Positions 1 to 11,001 of a DNA stretch of 64,000 nucleotides are shown piece by piece. Position 1 is the stretch's first letter; each line of letters begins with the position of its first letter. Under the pieces are notes generated by a model. It made no database searches, was not told the origin of the DNA, and saw only the letters and a program-made list of their open reading frames with translations. Origin of the DNA: Octopus vulgaris (Eukaryota); assembly GCA_951406725.2 (NCBI GenBank), contig OX597821.1, forward strand, positions 26,226,001 through 26,290,000, in the 5' to 3' direction. Both the position numbers and the translations under genes were made by a program.

Positions 1-34
1 TTCTGCCAGCTCACCGCCTCAATAATAATAATAA

Positions 35-1310
35 TTCATTCTTTATTGGCGACAAGGGCTAATATAAATCAAACACACGAAAGGAGAAACACAGGAGGAT
101 AAAAAAAAGGGTTTTGCAAAAGGAAAAGAACCGTGAAAGTATTTGATAACAACGAAAATATAACAAGTACAAAACTCCCAATAGGGGAAGGCGCTTTGAA
201 GGTTACTCGTGGAAAAACCCATAAAAGCCACGGGTGCCTGGTCAACAGGGCGAGAGCCCTTTCTCCTTTTATAATCCTTTTTACAGGTGTAATCTCAGAA
301 TTGGTCCGTCCATATTGGCCATTCTTCTGATATTCACCCGCCTTTCAACAAAATTTTCTACAAGACAACACTTCCCTCTCTATTCGCACCTTCCTTTTTA
401 AGTGGAACTTGAAAAAGTTGGTGAGGCCTCGGCCAAAGAGGAAAGTGTCTGACTTTATCCCTTTCATACGAGTCCACCATACCACCTCTTTCGCTACAGC
501 CACCAGACAAATGAAAATTGCCTTCTCCTCCCAGCTAAAGGAGGCCGGAGGGGCAATCTTCACTATGGATTCAGCTGATAGCCGGATCCTACCTACACGC
601 GACAGTAGCTGTTCGACATAAACCTACAGGTCAGCAATACTCGGGCACTGGACGAGGGCGTGCAGAACGGTTTCGTCGCTCTGAGCGCACCTCGAGCAGG
701 CCTGGCTAACGACACTTCCGTGCCTGTAAAGTTTATCCCGAACAGGTTGCGCCCCTCGGTAGTACTGCCAGGTGATGGACTTTTGGGAGTTATCCATGGG
801 CCCCGGCCCGAAAGTTCTTCCAAACAGACTGCTTAGCTGGTCATCATCGATGCCTAGAGTTTCCTCGAGAACGTCATCGCACTTTTCCTGCACTAACCCT
901 CTAACAGAAAGTGGAAGAGCAAGCGCACCAGCTTGGCAACCCAGCGGTCGGGACAAGGGACGACGGTCAAGCGGTAATAGATGACGGATGCGATGTACGC
1001 ATTCGTCACATCCGCTCGACTTTTCTGGGACAGCTTCCTCTCGGCTCATTTCTGGGTGATATTGGCCACCCTGTTCGTCACTTCGTTCCAATTTTTTTCA
1101 ACTGGATTTTTTTGACCGAACCAGACCCCGAGCAATTTAACGGGACCGTCTGTCTAGCGCCCCACGACGCTGTTGAACTTGTCTCTCCAGGAGTCCAGTT
1201 GCAAGCCCACCGGCTTTTCCGAGTTTATTTTCGCACCTGTCACCGCTTCGTACTCGCTTAGCGACTCGCCAATCAGGTCGATGTGCCTGTGGCTTGACAC
1301 CATCGCGGTA
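35..1310 (-). mobile_element. Tx1/L1-clade LINE, 5'-truncated: ORF2 C-terminus (zf-RVT) and 3' UTR
   Basis: Minus ORFs 624-1091 (YRGAQPVRDKL...CSRC...ETVLHALVQCP) and 345-563 are frameshifted pieces of a Tx1-type zinc-knuckle region; 3' tail gcccttgtcgccaataaagaat; (AAT)n on both sides. Confidence 0.85.
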
Positions 1311-1334
1311 CTTAATAATAATAATGATAATAAT

Positions 1335-1637
1335 CCTTTCTATTATTGGCACAAGGCCTGAAATTTTCACTGGTATTTAATTTATCGCCGGCGGAATGTA
1401 GCGACGGGCGAAATACCTATTTTTTTATTACCCACAAGGGGCTAAACACAGAGGGAACGAACAAGGACATACAAACGGATTAAGTCGATTATATCGACCC
1501 AGTGCGTAACTGGTACTTATTTAATCGACCCCGAAAGGATGAAAGGCAAAGTCGACCTCGGCGGAATTTGAACTCAGAACGTAGCGGCAGACGAAATTTC
1601 GTCCAGCGTTTTAGCGATTCTGCTAGCTCGTTGCCTA
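1335..1637 (-). mobile_element. tRNA-derived SINE family A, one copy nested in a fragment of another
   Basis: Reverse complement of the aggcggcgagctggcagaa...gagttcaaattccgccgagg...ccccttgtgggtaataaa repeat seen at 22413, 27134 and 31666. Confidence 0.8.
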
Positions 1638-1929
1638 ATCATAATAATAATTAATTCGTTTTATTGGCCACTTAACGGTCAGACGGCTGCATCAATGGTT
1701 ACTATGATTTTCGGGATTACGAAGGAGGTTATCAGGAAGGTTTTTTAGCGAAAATCTTTTTTAAAATGGGCAAAAGTATGATTATTTAGTAGATATCTTT
1801 TGTTAAAATTTCGGCGATGCGGATTAACTCTGGATTCCTCCGACCCCATCGAGTATAGCTCGTGAATTTAGAGGCTTTAGATTTGCGATACTATCCCTTT
1901 ATTTCCCATTTTAGATGGGCAGATTTGCT

Positions 1930-2700
1930 ATCTTATTATAATGGGCTTTATGCCCGTCTGTTTGTCCGTCTCTTTGTCTGTTCCCTCTTCACGGCCAGAC
2001 GGCTGGACCAATGGTTACGATATTTTTCGGGATTACAAAGACAGTCGTCAGGAAAGTTTTTAGCATTAAAAAATCAGAAAGTATGATTATTTCGTGGGTA
2101 TCGATTTTTAAACTGATAAACCACCTTCGCATTTTTATTAAAAATTCACCGACCACGAGTAACCCTGGATTTTCACCCTATAGTTCGTGGCCCCGTCGTA
2201 GATACGAAAGGGGTTGCGAGGACTGTTAATAGCGAAATTAAAATGGAAAAAGTGTGAGTCAGTATATAGTGTGTGTGATTATTTAGTGGTTATTGAAGTA
2301 TGTCAGTCTCGAGCAGAATTCGAAACGGCTAATCGAAGCTGCTGTTTATACTTCAGTTTTGTCGGTCAAAATAATCCAGACATTATTCGCATAGAACAGT
2401 GAGAGGTAAGCCTTAGTTTTTTTGGTTTTTTTTGCAGCCCTAAAGATTCCGCACAGGGCCAGACTTTAGATCGTGTAGTTGTATTTTTACTCACACCGAT
2501 GTTTACACACGGCCAGTTACATATCGCTATGAGCAGAGCAACGGATTCCGGTAATTTGAAAATTACTGTCGACCAAACAGAAAATATCGTCAACAAAGGA
2601 ATTTTGTAATTATATTAATATCATCGAAAGGAATATGATTCATAATTTAAATAAGGAAATTTGTGAACTTTGAACGTATAAGAGAATAAACAAGCGTAAA
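1930..2700 (+). mobile_element. Internally deleted Helitron; partial duplicate of its 5' region at about 1670-1870
   Basis: 5' tcttattataa...ccgtctgtttgtccgtc resembles the Helitron 5' end at 53660; contains a Pif1-like helicase C-terminus. Confidence 0.6.
2451..2609 (+). pseudogene. Helitron RepHel Pif1-like helicase C-terminal fragment
   Basis: Translates AQGQTLDRVVVFLLTPMFTHGQLHIAMSRATDSGNLKITVDQTENIVNKGIL*, matching Pif1 motifs V/VI (QGQTL...HGQLYVAxSR). Confidence 0.85.
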
Positions 2701-3050
2701 ATAATTTAAACAACTATAATAAAAGTATATCTAAATAACATTCTTTTCTTAATACTTTTTATGTAGTGGTCGAAGGAAGCTCTGGCTTTCGTTGGGAGTG
2801 GTCCCCATAACCATCCATGATACAGAGGCTGGGAGCCTATTTCAGTTCGGGAGTGAATCGTCATCGCATGTCACTTAGCACAAACACATGGCATATAGCT
2901 GCAACAGAATGCTGTATCACCAACAATAAACGTGATTTCTCTAAGACCACCACCTAGTAATCTATCAAGTCCATTTACACATTTCTCAATACATACTGCT
3001 GCTATTACCTTTCTTCCTCATTTTATGCATCCATCGTAGATGGGTAGATT

Positions 3051-3088
3051 TACTACTACTGCTACTACTACTACTGCTGCTGCTGCTG

Positions 3089-3133
<45 letters not shown>
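3051..3133. repeat. (TAC)n/(TGC)n microsatellite
   Basis: Direct reading. Confidence 0.95.
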
Positions 3134-3860
3134 ATTCTTTTATTAGCCACAAGGGCTTACATAAAACAACATAAAATGACATGACACAAACATAAAAGAC
3201 AACACAAGACAAAGTGTTTCCAGCGTGTAAACAATATATATAACAATAAAATTTTTTTAACAAAATAGAACTCCCAATAGGGGAGGCGCTTTAAAGGTTC
3301 TCGTGGAAAGACCCACAAAAGCCACGGGTGCCTGATCAACAGGGCAAGAGCCCCCCTCTTTTAATTTCCATTGCCCCGCCGCCCTCCTTTTATCGGGCAG
3401 GCAAGACAGTTTTTCTTTGTCCAGTAGCTGTGGCGAAAGAGATTATCAGGTAGACGAGGCTGAAAGATATGGGGACAGAAACATTCCGCTTTGGCAAAGC
3501 CCTGCTCAACTTTTTCAAGTTTCATTTGAAAAGGAAAGTGAGGCTTCATTACCCGCCCTCTCTATGATGTAGCGCCAGAGGTGGAGGTTGTCGTGAATAG
3601 TCCTGATTGGGATGGCGCATGTTTGCGCCTAGCCAGTCAGCTAGTCCACGATAAGCGCCAATCTCTAGGCTAACACCTTGGCCAAAATCTTCAACTCTGC
3701 ATTGAGCAGAGTGACAGACCTGATATTCTCTATAACGCTTCTCGTCACCGTTTGGATCCTTTCTCAGCAGTACCACAGCCCCTCGGCAAACGAAAGTGGG
3801 AATTCTCCCATTTTGTTGCCAGTTGAGGTAGACGTCTGCTAAGAGGCCTGCAAACAAGTT
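3134..3860 (-). mobile_element. Tx1-clade LINE, internally deleted (RT N-terminal part fused to 3' UTR)
   Basis: LLADVYLNWQQNGRIPTFVCRGAVVLLRKDPN and SQTCAIPTRTIHDNLH in minus frames; 3' UTR homologous to 35-260. Confidence 0.8.
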
Positions 3861-3861
3861 G

Positions 3862-3998
3862 GTTTGAAAAAGGAGGACACCCAAAAACGGGCAAGATGGC
3901 GAGATGGTGTGAGGGCGGTTGCTATGGCTTTGAGGTAGATCCGGCTACCCACGTTAACGGGGACAAAACCCGGATTTAAAACAGTGGATGATGATGAA
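3862..3998 (+). mobile_element. RTE-like LINE 3' end fragment
   Basis: Encodes EDTQKRARWRDGVRAVA-like C-terminus, short UTR (atccggctacccacgttaacggggacaaaac) and (GAT)n tail typical of RTE. Confidence 0.55.
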
Positions 3999-4069
3999 GA
4001 GAGGATGCTCACAACTTTTTGGTCCCCGGCTTTAAAGGTTTAGCGAAAGGCATGGTTGGAGACCCAACC

Positions 4070-4165
4070 TTCTCCGTTCTTTTACAGGACTTAGAAAAAT
4101 TGAAGGACAGCTGCATTAAGTGTGTGAATCTGAGAGTGGAATATGTTGAATACTTTTATTCAACA
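4070..4165 (+). mobile_element. Mariner transposase C-terminal fragment
   Basis: DLEKLKDSCIKCVNLRVEYVE resembles the mariner end GIxKLxxRWxKCVxxxGxYVE. Confidence 0.55.
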
Positions 4166-4309
4166 TGATTAACCGGAGTCCATAAAAGATTCTTTCGTTA
4201 AAATTTATCTGCGATAAATTGGTTATACTTTTGCAATGCACAAAATATTTTAACAATTTCTTTTTATACAATTCCTAATAATATTTACTTATAAATAGAA
4301 TTTTGTTTG

Positions 4310-5160
4310 TGCCTGAGATGGGAGGAATATGTGATCAACCGCAGAATATCATGGAATGAACTTTGGGCTTGGGAACAAGCAAGAACATCCTTCCTAATCA
4401 AGTCTACCTTCGACGTTCTACCCTCACCGGCGAACTTAGTCCGGTGGAACATAAAAACAACCGATGAGTGTAGATGCGGAGAGAAAGCGACGGTTAGACA
4501 TGTTCTGTCAAGTTGCAGACTAGCACTAGAAAGATATACATGGCAGCATAATCAAGTCCTCGGCGTCATAAGCGCAGCACTCAAGGAGAAGATCGAGAGG
4601 TACAATAGGGGAGAGTACCCAAAAGTAGAAAAGCACAGGAAAGTATACTTCTACAAGGAGGGAAAAGGATATAAAACCAGGCCTACAAGTAAAGTATACA
4701 AGATAGACGAAAGATGGAAGGGATACTGCGAGGTGGCCACGGACTTGGAAAGACAAGTAATATTTCCACTAATAAAAACAACAAAAAGACCGGATTTAGT
4801 TCTATGGAACAGAGACCGGAGAATGGGAATTTTACTAGAACTGACAGTACCTTGGGAAGAGAACATCGGCAATGTAGAGGAACGAAAGGAGAAGTGGTAC
4901 GAAAAGCTAATCGAAGAATGCAGAGAACAGGGATAGAATGTCGAATATTATCACCCTGCAGTGGGGGCTAGAGGCTTCATTGAAAGGAAAATGACAACGC
5001 TTTTCAAAAGATTTGTTTTTTTCTAGCTCCGAGCTGCGAAAACTAATGAGAGTACAGGAGGCGGTCGAAAAACCAGCTTCTATATATGGCTGAAGCGGGA
5101 AGACCGAAAATGGCTTGAAAGTCATAACATACCGGCGGGAAATAACATCATTAGGTGAGA
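4310..5160 (+). mobile_element. Hero/R2-group non-LTR retrotransposon, C-terminal CCHC and restriction-like endonuclease fragment
   Basis: ORF 4307-4936: CRC...HVLSSC...RYTWQHNQVL, RPDLVLW...LELTVPWEE...KEKWY; continues past a stop (AVGARGF...SFYIWLKRE). Confidence 0.85.
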
Positions 5161-5264
5161 CAGGCTGATACTGAATCAGCTTCACTGACTGACAGGTGAC
5201 GGTCGTTTAGAGAATGCGCGGGCTAAAACTACGCGTCTTCACTAGTCAGTTAAGATGAGACAGT

Positions 5265-5630
5265 GTCACGTGACAACTTGCTAGGGCTGCCTGCTGGAGC
5301 CTATGCGGCAGGTATTTAAAGGGGAAAATTTGACAAGTCAGTCAGTCACCGGCTGACACTCGCTGACGATACATCGAAGAGGCCAGGAAATAGAAGAAAG
5401 AAGAAAGAAGACATGCACCCAACACCAGAGCTGAAGACACCTCCGAAAGGGGGGGGGGGGGAGCCACGTCAAAACGGTAGAGGAGTAGGGGCCGAAACCG
5501 GACGTGGTTCCTCCTGATGATGTCTTGAGCTAACTGGATCCTATAAAGGAACTGTTGTGGTAGCAGACCACGAAACACGGTTGTAATTCCCCGACGACAT
5601 TATTCATTGAGTCATTCCATTTATTACTTT
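5265..5630 (+). mobile_element. Non-coding pseudo-LTR/retrozyme-like element with TATA/Inr-like signals and hammerhead motifs
   Basis: tatttaaa at about 5313, tcagtc repeats about 25 nt downstream; three CTGANGA and two GAAAC motifs. Confidence 0.55.
5464..5526 (+). ncRNA. Putative non-circularly permuted hammerhead ribozyme
   Basis: ccacgtc-aaaa-CGGT-A-gaggag-taggggcc-GAAA-ccg-gacgtgg-ttcctc-CTGATGA-tgtctt; stem I 6 bp, stem III 4+7 bp. Confidence 0.65.
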
Positions 5631-5874
5631 TTCATAAGAAGGATTCGCTGCTACATTGAATAGATCGAGCGACTGCAGTGAGGCATTCATTCATTCATGT
5701 TTTATGACAGAGATCAGTTCATTATTGCAATGGCCAATTTTTGATTGATATATTTTTTTGTTTTTACATTTGTTTATGCCCCACATAATTATCGTAACAT
5801 ATCTAAATCTAAAACGTGTTCTCGTATCCATACTCGCCGTTTTTACAAAAATTATCTGAAAGACTATTTAGTCG

Positions 5875-6089
5875 CTGGGTTGGCTGTGTGGGTAAGAAGC
5901 TTGCTTCACAGCTATGTGGTTTCGGGTTCCGTCTCGCAGCGCGGCATCTTGGCCAACTGTCTTCTATTATAGCCCCTAGTCAACTAAAACCTTCTAAGTG
6001 GATTTGGCAGACCGATATTGGAAGAAGCTTGTCGCGCGCGCGTGTGTGTATGTATATATGTATGTATGTATGTGTATATAGATATATAC

Positions 6090-6139
<50 letters not shown>

Positions 6140-6685
6140 AGGCGCAATGGCCCAGCGGTTAGGGCAGCGGACTCGCGGTCGAAGGATCGCGGTTTCGATT
6201 CCCAGACCGGGCGTTGTGTGTGTTTATTGAGCGAAAACACCTAAAAGCTCCACGAGGCTCCGGTAGGGGGGGGGGGCGACCTTTCTTGTACTCTTCCGTC
6301 ACAACTTTCTCTCCCTCTTTCTTCTGTTGGCATCATTTGAAGGCTAAAACAATGCGAAGCGCATTGTGACCAGCGATGTGTAGCAACATCGGTCACGTGA
6401 TATATATATATATGCATATGATATACATATTCATATACGTGTATATGAGCGTATTCGTGTATGTATCTATGTGTGTGTTTGTGTTTGTGCTCTGTTCACA
6501 CCACTTCTAAAAAATGGTGTTGGTTGGCTTACGCCATCTGTATCTTAGCGGTTTGACAAAAAGAAAGCGATATAATAAGTAACAATCATAAAGAGAAATA
6601 AGAACTGGGGTCAATCTGTTGGAATAAATCTTTCAAGGCGGTGCTCCAGCATGGCTGTTGCCCACGGAATGAAACAAGTAAAAGG
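5875..6685 (+). mobile_element. SINE family B (internal TA/TG microsatellite), interrupted by SINE C
   Basis: Diverged copy of the repeat at 20645-21046. Confidence 0.75.
6138..6400 (+). mobile_element. tRNA-derived SINE family C, tail type 1
   Basis: A-box-like tggcccagcgg, B-box-like gtttcgattcc; same head at 24921, 35933, 44224. Confidence 0.85.
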
Positions 6686-7122
6686 TCCCCCTTACCCGAA
6701 ATATTAAATCTGAAGAATGTAAGTAAACATCCGATGTTTATCGACAAAATTCCTTAATAGCAGATTCATTGTCGATCTCTGATATCGAAGAGGACTAGAC
6801 GCCATACAATAACGGCCACAGTTCTTGTATCATTCAATGTTTTGTCGGCGAGGACACAGGCTTTTAATAGAGAAAACGCCATTGCATTAACTTACTTTTT
6901 CAACCTCTTCTTGTTCTCACGTAAACAAATTTATTAGTTGAACGACTTCAGGTAGTCGTTCGAGATGGTTGATATTTCGCACTCGCATTTGTCTTCGTCA
7001 TATTCTGGGCGCACAAGCAAATTCTAAAGACCTATCATGCTAACTCTTTGGTAGGTCCTTTCAACAGCAACTGCTGCTACTGGTGAAGGCGGTTCTGCTG
7101 CTGCTAGAGGCTCATGCTACTG

Positions 7123-7193
<71 letters not shown>

Positions 7194-7194
<1 letters not shown>

Positions 7195-7620
7195 TCAAAT
7201 TTTGGCACAAGGTTAGCAATTTCGGGGTAAGGAGTAAGTCGATTACATCGATCTCAGCGATCAATTGGTACTTATTTTATCAACCCCGAAAGGATGAAAG
7301 GCAAAGTCGATCTCAGCGAAATTTGAACTCAGAACGTAAAAACGGACGAGATACTGCTAAGCATTTTGCCTGGTGCAGTAAAGGTTCGGCCAGCTCAATA
7401 CTTTAATGGTTTCAAAAATTTTGCATAAGACCACCAATTTTAAGCGAGGGGCATAGTCGATAGCATTGACCCTAGTATTTGACTGGTACATTATTTTATC
7501 GACCCCGGAGGGATGAGAGGCAAAGCTGGCCCCGGTGGAATTCGAACTCAGAACGGTATGAGTCGGAAGAGATAGTACTATGCATTTTTGATCGACGCAC
7601 GAACGATTTTGTCAATAATT
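7194..7620 (-). mobile_element. Two tandem diverged SINE A-related copies next to (TAC)n
   Basis: gtacttattttatc...ccccgaaaggatgaaaggcaaagtcga...aatttgaactcagaacg present twice. Confidence 0.7.
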
Positions 7621-7936
7621 TTGGCAAATGTTCAACAATTGTGAGAGAAGAGTTTAATGATCCCAGTAATTAATTGGTCCAGTAATTTGCTTATCCAGAG
7701 GAATGAAAGAAAGATTTGAACTTGTGTATCTAAACACTGTAGGAGGTGTTCTCAACTCTCTAGTGATTCTGCCATGTTAGTCGACTCCAGTTTAACTCCA
7801 AAACAGTACTTTCGGTCTTTACCTAATTCCACGTTCTTGTTGATAATCTTTGAGTTCGAGTGTCGTTGTAAATTGTGTGGCTGTCTTACATGCTAGTGTA
7901 GATTATATTCATGTGCGTTCACTGGCCCACAATGGC

Positions 7937-8359
7937 GGATCTTTTCGGTTTGAATGGCAGTTTTTTCTAGCGGTGTCATATGAAATTGTCACCCATAATT
8001 ATGACCCTAGAATCGATCTATTGCATTTCAATTTCTTTTAGGGTTAGTTAGGGTTAGGGGTGGGGGAAGGGTATCTTTTTTACTTCACAAGTGTAAATAA
8101 ACCTAATCTGTTTCTTAAACGAGGAACATATTCATACGTCACAGAATGCTTTTTAACTCAATAGACGTATTTGATTGGTTGAAATTGCAGAAATTGAAGA
8201 AAAAAAAACCCAACAAATATCTTACAAACTATAGAATCTTCTCAATAAAGCCAAGAGACAAAGATGTTTTATAAACACATTCTACCAGAATACGAAGTTT
8301 AAAATTTTTTAGTTACCTAGAAATTATGTTAAAAACTGCCATTCAAACCGAAAAGATCC
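7937..8359. mobile_element. MITE family 1 (about 420 bp, about 29-bp TIR, 8-bp TSD, internal TTAGGG)
   Basis: GGATCTTTTCGGTTTGAATGGCAGTTTTT ... AAAAACTGCCATTCAAACCGAAAAGATCC; TSD acaatggc at 7929-7936 and 8360-8367. Confidence 0.92.
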
Positions 8360-8592
8360 ACAATGGCAAAACACAGACAAATATTGCGACATCTGGAACA
8401 TTGTGAACGTTTGTAATAGCACACATGAATTAGGGGAGTTACCCATGTGCATGTGCACACATACACAGGCAGACAGACACACATGCGCGCGCGAACCCCC
8501 ACACACAATGTCCAGATTTTCGATCTTATTTCCTGCGGGTTAACAAGGAATCCCTTGACCGCAATGTAGCCTTCATTTGATTAAGGTATCTT

Positions 8593-8677
8593 TAGCCTGA
8601 TGAGTAGCTAACGGAGGACCCCTTGTTCAGAATTTACTACTTTCGAGGTTCCTCTAGCTAGGAAACACATGTAGCCT
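8593..8677 (+). ncRNA. Type I hammerhead-like motif (Penelope-type), partly decayed
   Basis: tagc-CTGATGA-g-tagcta...tagcta-g-GAAAC-acat-GTA-gcct; palindromic ACATGT at stem III; weak stem I. Confidence 0.55.
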
Positions 8678-8754
8678 GGATTTTACCAATTCTATTCCTT
8701 CAATTTGGATGTTTATTCGCATACACAGCAACCCAGTTGCTAACTTTTTTTTTT

Positions 8755-8954
8755 ACTCTTTTACTTGTTTCAGTCATTTGACTGCGGCCATGCTGGAGCA
8801 CCGCCTTTAGTCGAGCAAATCGACCCCAGGACTTATTCTTTGTAAGCCTGGTACTTATTCTATCGGTCTCTTTTGTCGGACCGCTAAGTTACGGGGACGT
8901 AAACACACCAGCATCGGTTGTCAAGCGATGTTGGGGGTACAAACACAGACACAG

Positions 8955-9021
<67 letters not shown>

Positions 9022-9192
9022 CATATATACGACGAGCTTCTTTCAGTTTCCGTCTGCCAAATCCACTCACAAGGCTTTGATCGGCCCGAGGCTATAGTAG
9101 AAGACACTTGCCCAAGGTCCCACGCAGTGAGACTGAACCCGGAACCATGCGGTTGGTAAGCAAGCTACTTACCACACAGCCACTCCTAAGCC
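8755..9192 (-). mobile_element. SINE family B, full length
   Basis: Reverse complement of 20645-21046 with internal (CA)n(TA)n. Confidence 0.9.
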
Positions 9193-9357
9193 TAACTGTG
9201 AACTATAAAATAACCTTTTCCAGCTTATCGAACCTATATAGGAAAAATTTACAACCTTCTACGTCAATAAATCACTGTTGTTCCTGAAAGTTGCTTTTTA
9301 TACCTTCTAGGAACTATAACTGAACTGGCTACTTGGATCTTAACTTTACATCTTAAC

Positions 9358-9407
<50 letters not shown>

Positions 9408-9464
9408 TACACATGGAGTTAGTTGGTTGAATGTAATTAAGTTCAAATGTCGTAAGGAGGAGGA

Positions 9465-9720
9465 GAAAGCTAACGTTTTGGGCTCTTGCTCTTCAGCAGA
9501 GAGTAGAGAGTAGAGAAAAATGAAGGCGTTGATGGCTGACTGGCAGGCCAACGACACCTTCGCCATTCTCTACTCTCCGTTGACAGACAAAAGCCTAAAA
9601 CAACCTTCCTTCTCCTTACTGTAATCGAACTTATTGACATTTCACCTACTCTCATTTTAATTAATTGTTGCCGACAGACGGAAACCATCGCTTGTTTCTT
9701 CGGATTTCAGACTTTGCCCT
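9465..9720 (-). mobile_element. Decayed Penelope-like 3' remnant with degenerate hammerhead
   Basis: Minus strand ctCTGCTGAAGAGCaagaGCCCaAAACGTTag resembles the minimal HHR at 11655. Confidence 0.35.
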
Positions 9721-10158
9721 ATTATTAAAAATGAACTGATCTATTTACGAAAAAACGTACATATTTACGTATACGTACATGATGATTACTTCCCCGTGTT
9801 AGATGACAACCGTCTTTTGTAAGACTTCAGCGCATCACGGGATTATTGCGACATACGTTTGTATGACACGTATGTCACTCGTTACATATCCGTATTTAAA
9901 TATCCAGTGACAGGCAATAGCAAAATAGCCGGAAACTATTTTCGCCGCAGGTTTTTATATCAGGCGGTAATTGTCTGAACTTCTCCAATAAAAAAGATAA
10001 ACACACGTTAAAGCAGGATCAGAATGACCGGAAACTATTTCAACCGTAGATTTTATATCGGGTGGGGAGGGGGAAACTACGACACAGGTGCTTTCTCAAG
10101 ACTTTTCCATTAAAAGGATACCCGCAAGTCAGTAAAGGGTTGACTATGGAGTTTTTCC

Positions 10159-10593
10159 GGATCTTTTCGGTTTGAACAGCAGTTTTTTTCTAGCGGTGTC
10201 ATATGAAATTGTCACCCATAATTATGACCTAGAATCGATCTATTGCATTTCAATCTCTTTTAGGGTTAGGCTTAGTTAGGGTTAGGGTTAGGGGTGGGGG
10301 GAAGTGTATCTTTTTTTCTTCACAAATGTAAATAAACCCAATTTGTTTCTTAAACAAGGGACATATTCATACGGCACAGAATGCTTTTTAACTCAATAGA
10401 CGTCACTGATTGGTTGAAAATGCAGAAATTGAAGAAAAAAAAAACAACAAATATCTTACAAACCATAGAATTTTCTCAATAAAGCCAAGAGAAAAAGATG
10501 TTTTATAAACACATTCTACCAGTATACGAAGTTTAAAATTTTTTACTTACCTAGAAATGATGTTAAAAACTGCCGTTCAAACCGAAAAGATCC
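10159..10593. mobile_element. MITE family 1, copy 2
   Basis: Same TIRs and body as 7937-8359; ttagggttagggttagggg inside; no TSD visible. Confidence 0.9.
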
Positions 10594-11001
10594 CCGCACT
10601 AAATATAATTGCATTTCTTTTTATCTTTTATCACTTGTTTCAGTCATTAGACTGCGGCCATGCTGAGGCACCGCCTTGTAGAATTTTTAGTCGAATGAAT
10701 CGACCCAAGTACTTATTCTATCGTTCACTCTTGGCGGGAAAAGCTCTCCAAACGACACCAAGTGTTAAAGAGCTCCTGAAAGTCACAGACCAGGTGAAAC
10801 AACTTGCTTCTGAATTACCGAGACTGGTAGATACCAATATTTCACCACTATCAATACGATGTACACAGATCATCTCGAAATGAAGTGAATTTCTGGTCTA
10901 CGACTTATATACCGAGTGAAACCTATTTGCAGATGTGCTGCGGCGTAGATGTGTGAAACAAAATGAAATTTCGAATTAAAAGAAACTCTAGTAATCTAAA
11001 C

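Noticed and set aside
2406-2437. GT...AG mini-intron inside the Helitron remnant
   Set aside because: Only 32 nt; probably a deletion remnant, and no upstream coding exon was identified.
6138-6210. tRNA gene-like sequence (also 24921, 35933, 44224)
   Set aside because: A/B boxes are SINE heads continuing into a shared body; no clean acceptor stem or terminator.
10259-10300. TTAGGG repeats as a telomere or fusion relic
   Set aside because: They lie inside a MITE with TIRs and recur in each copy.
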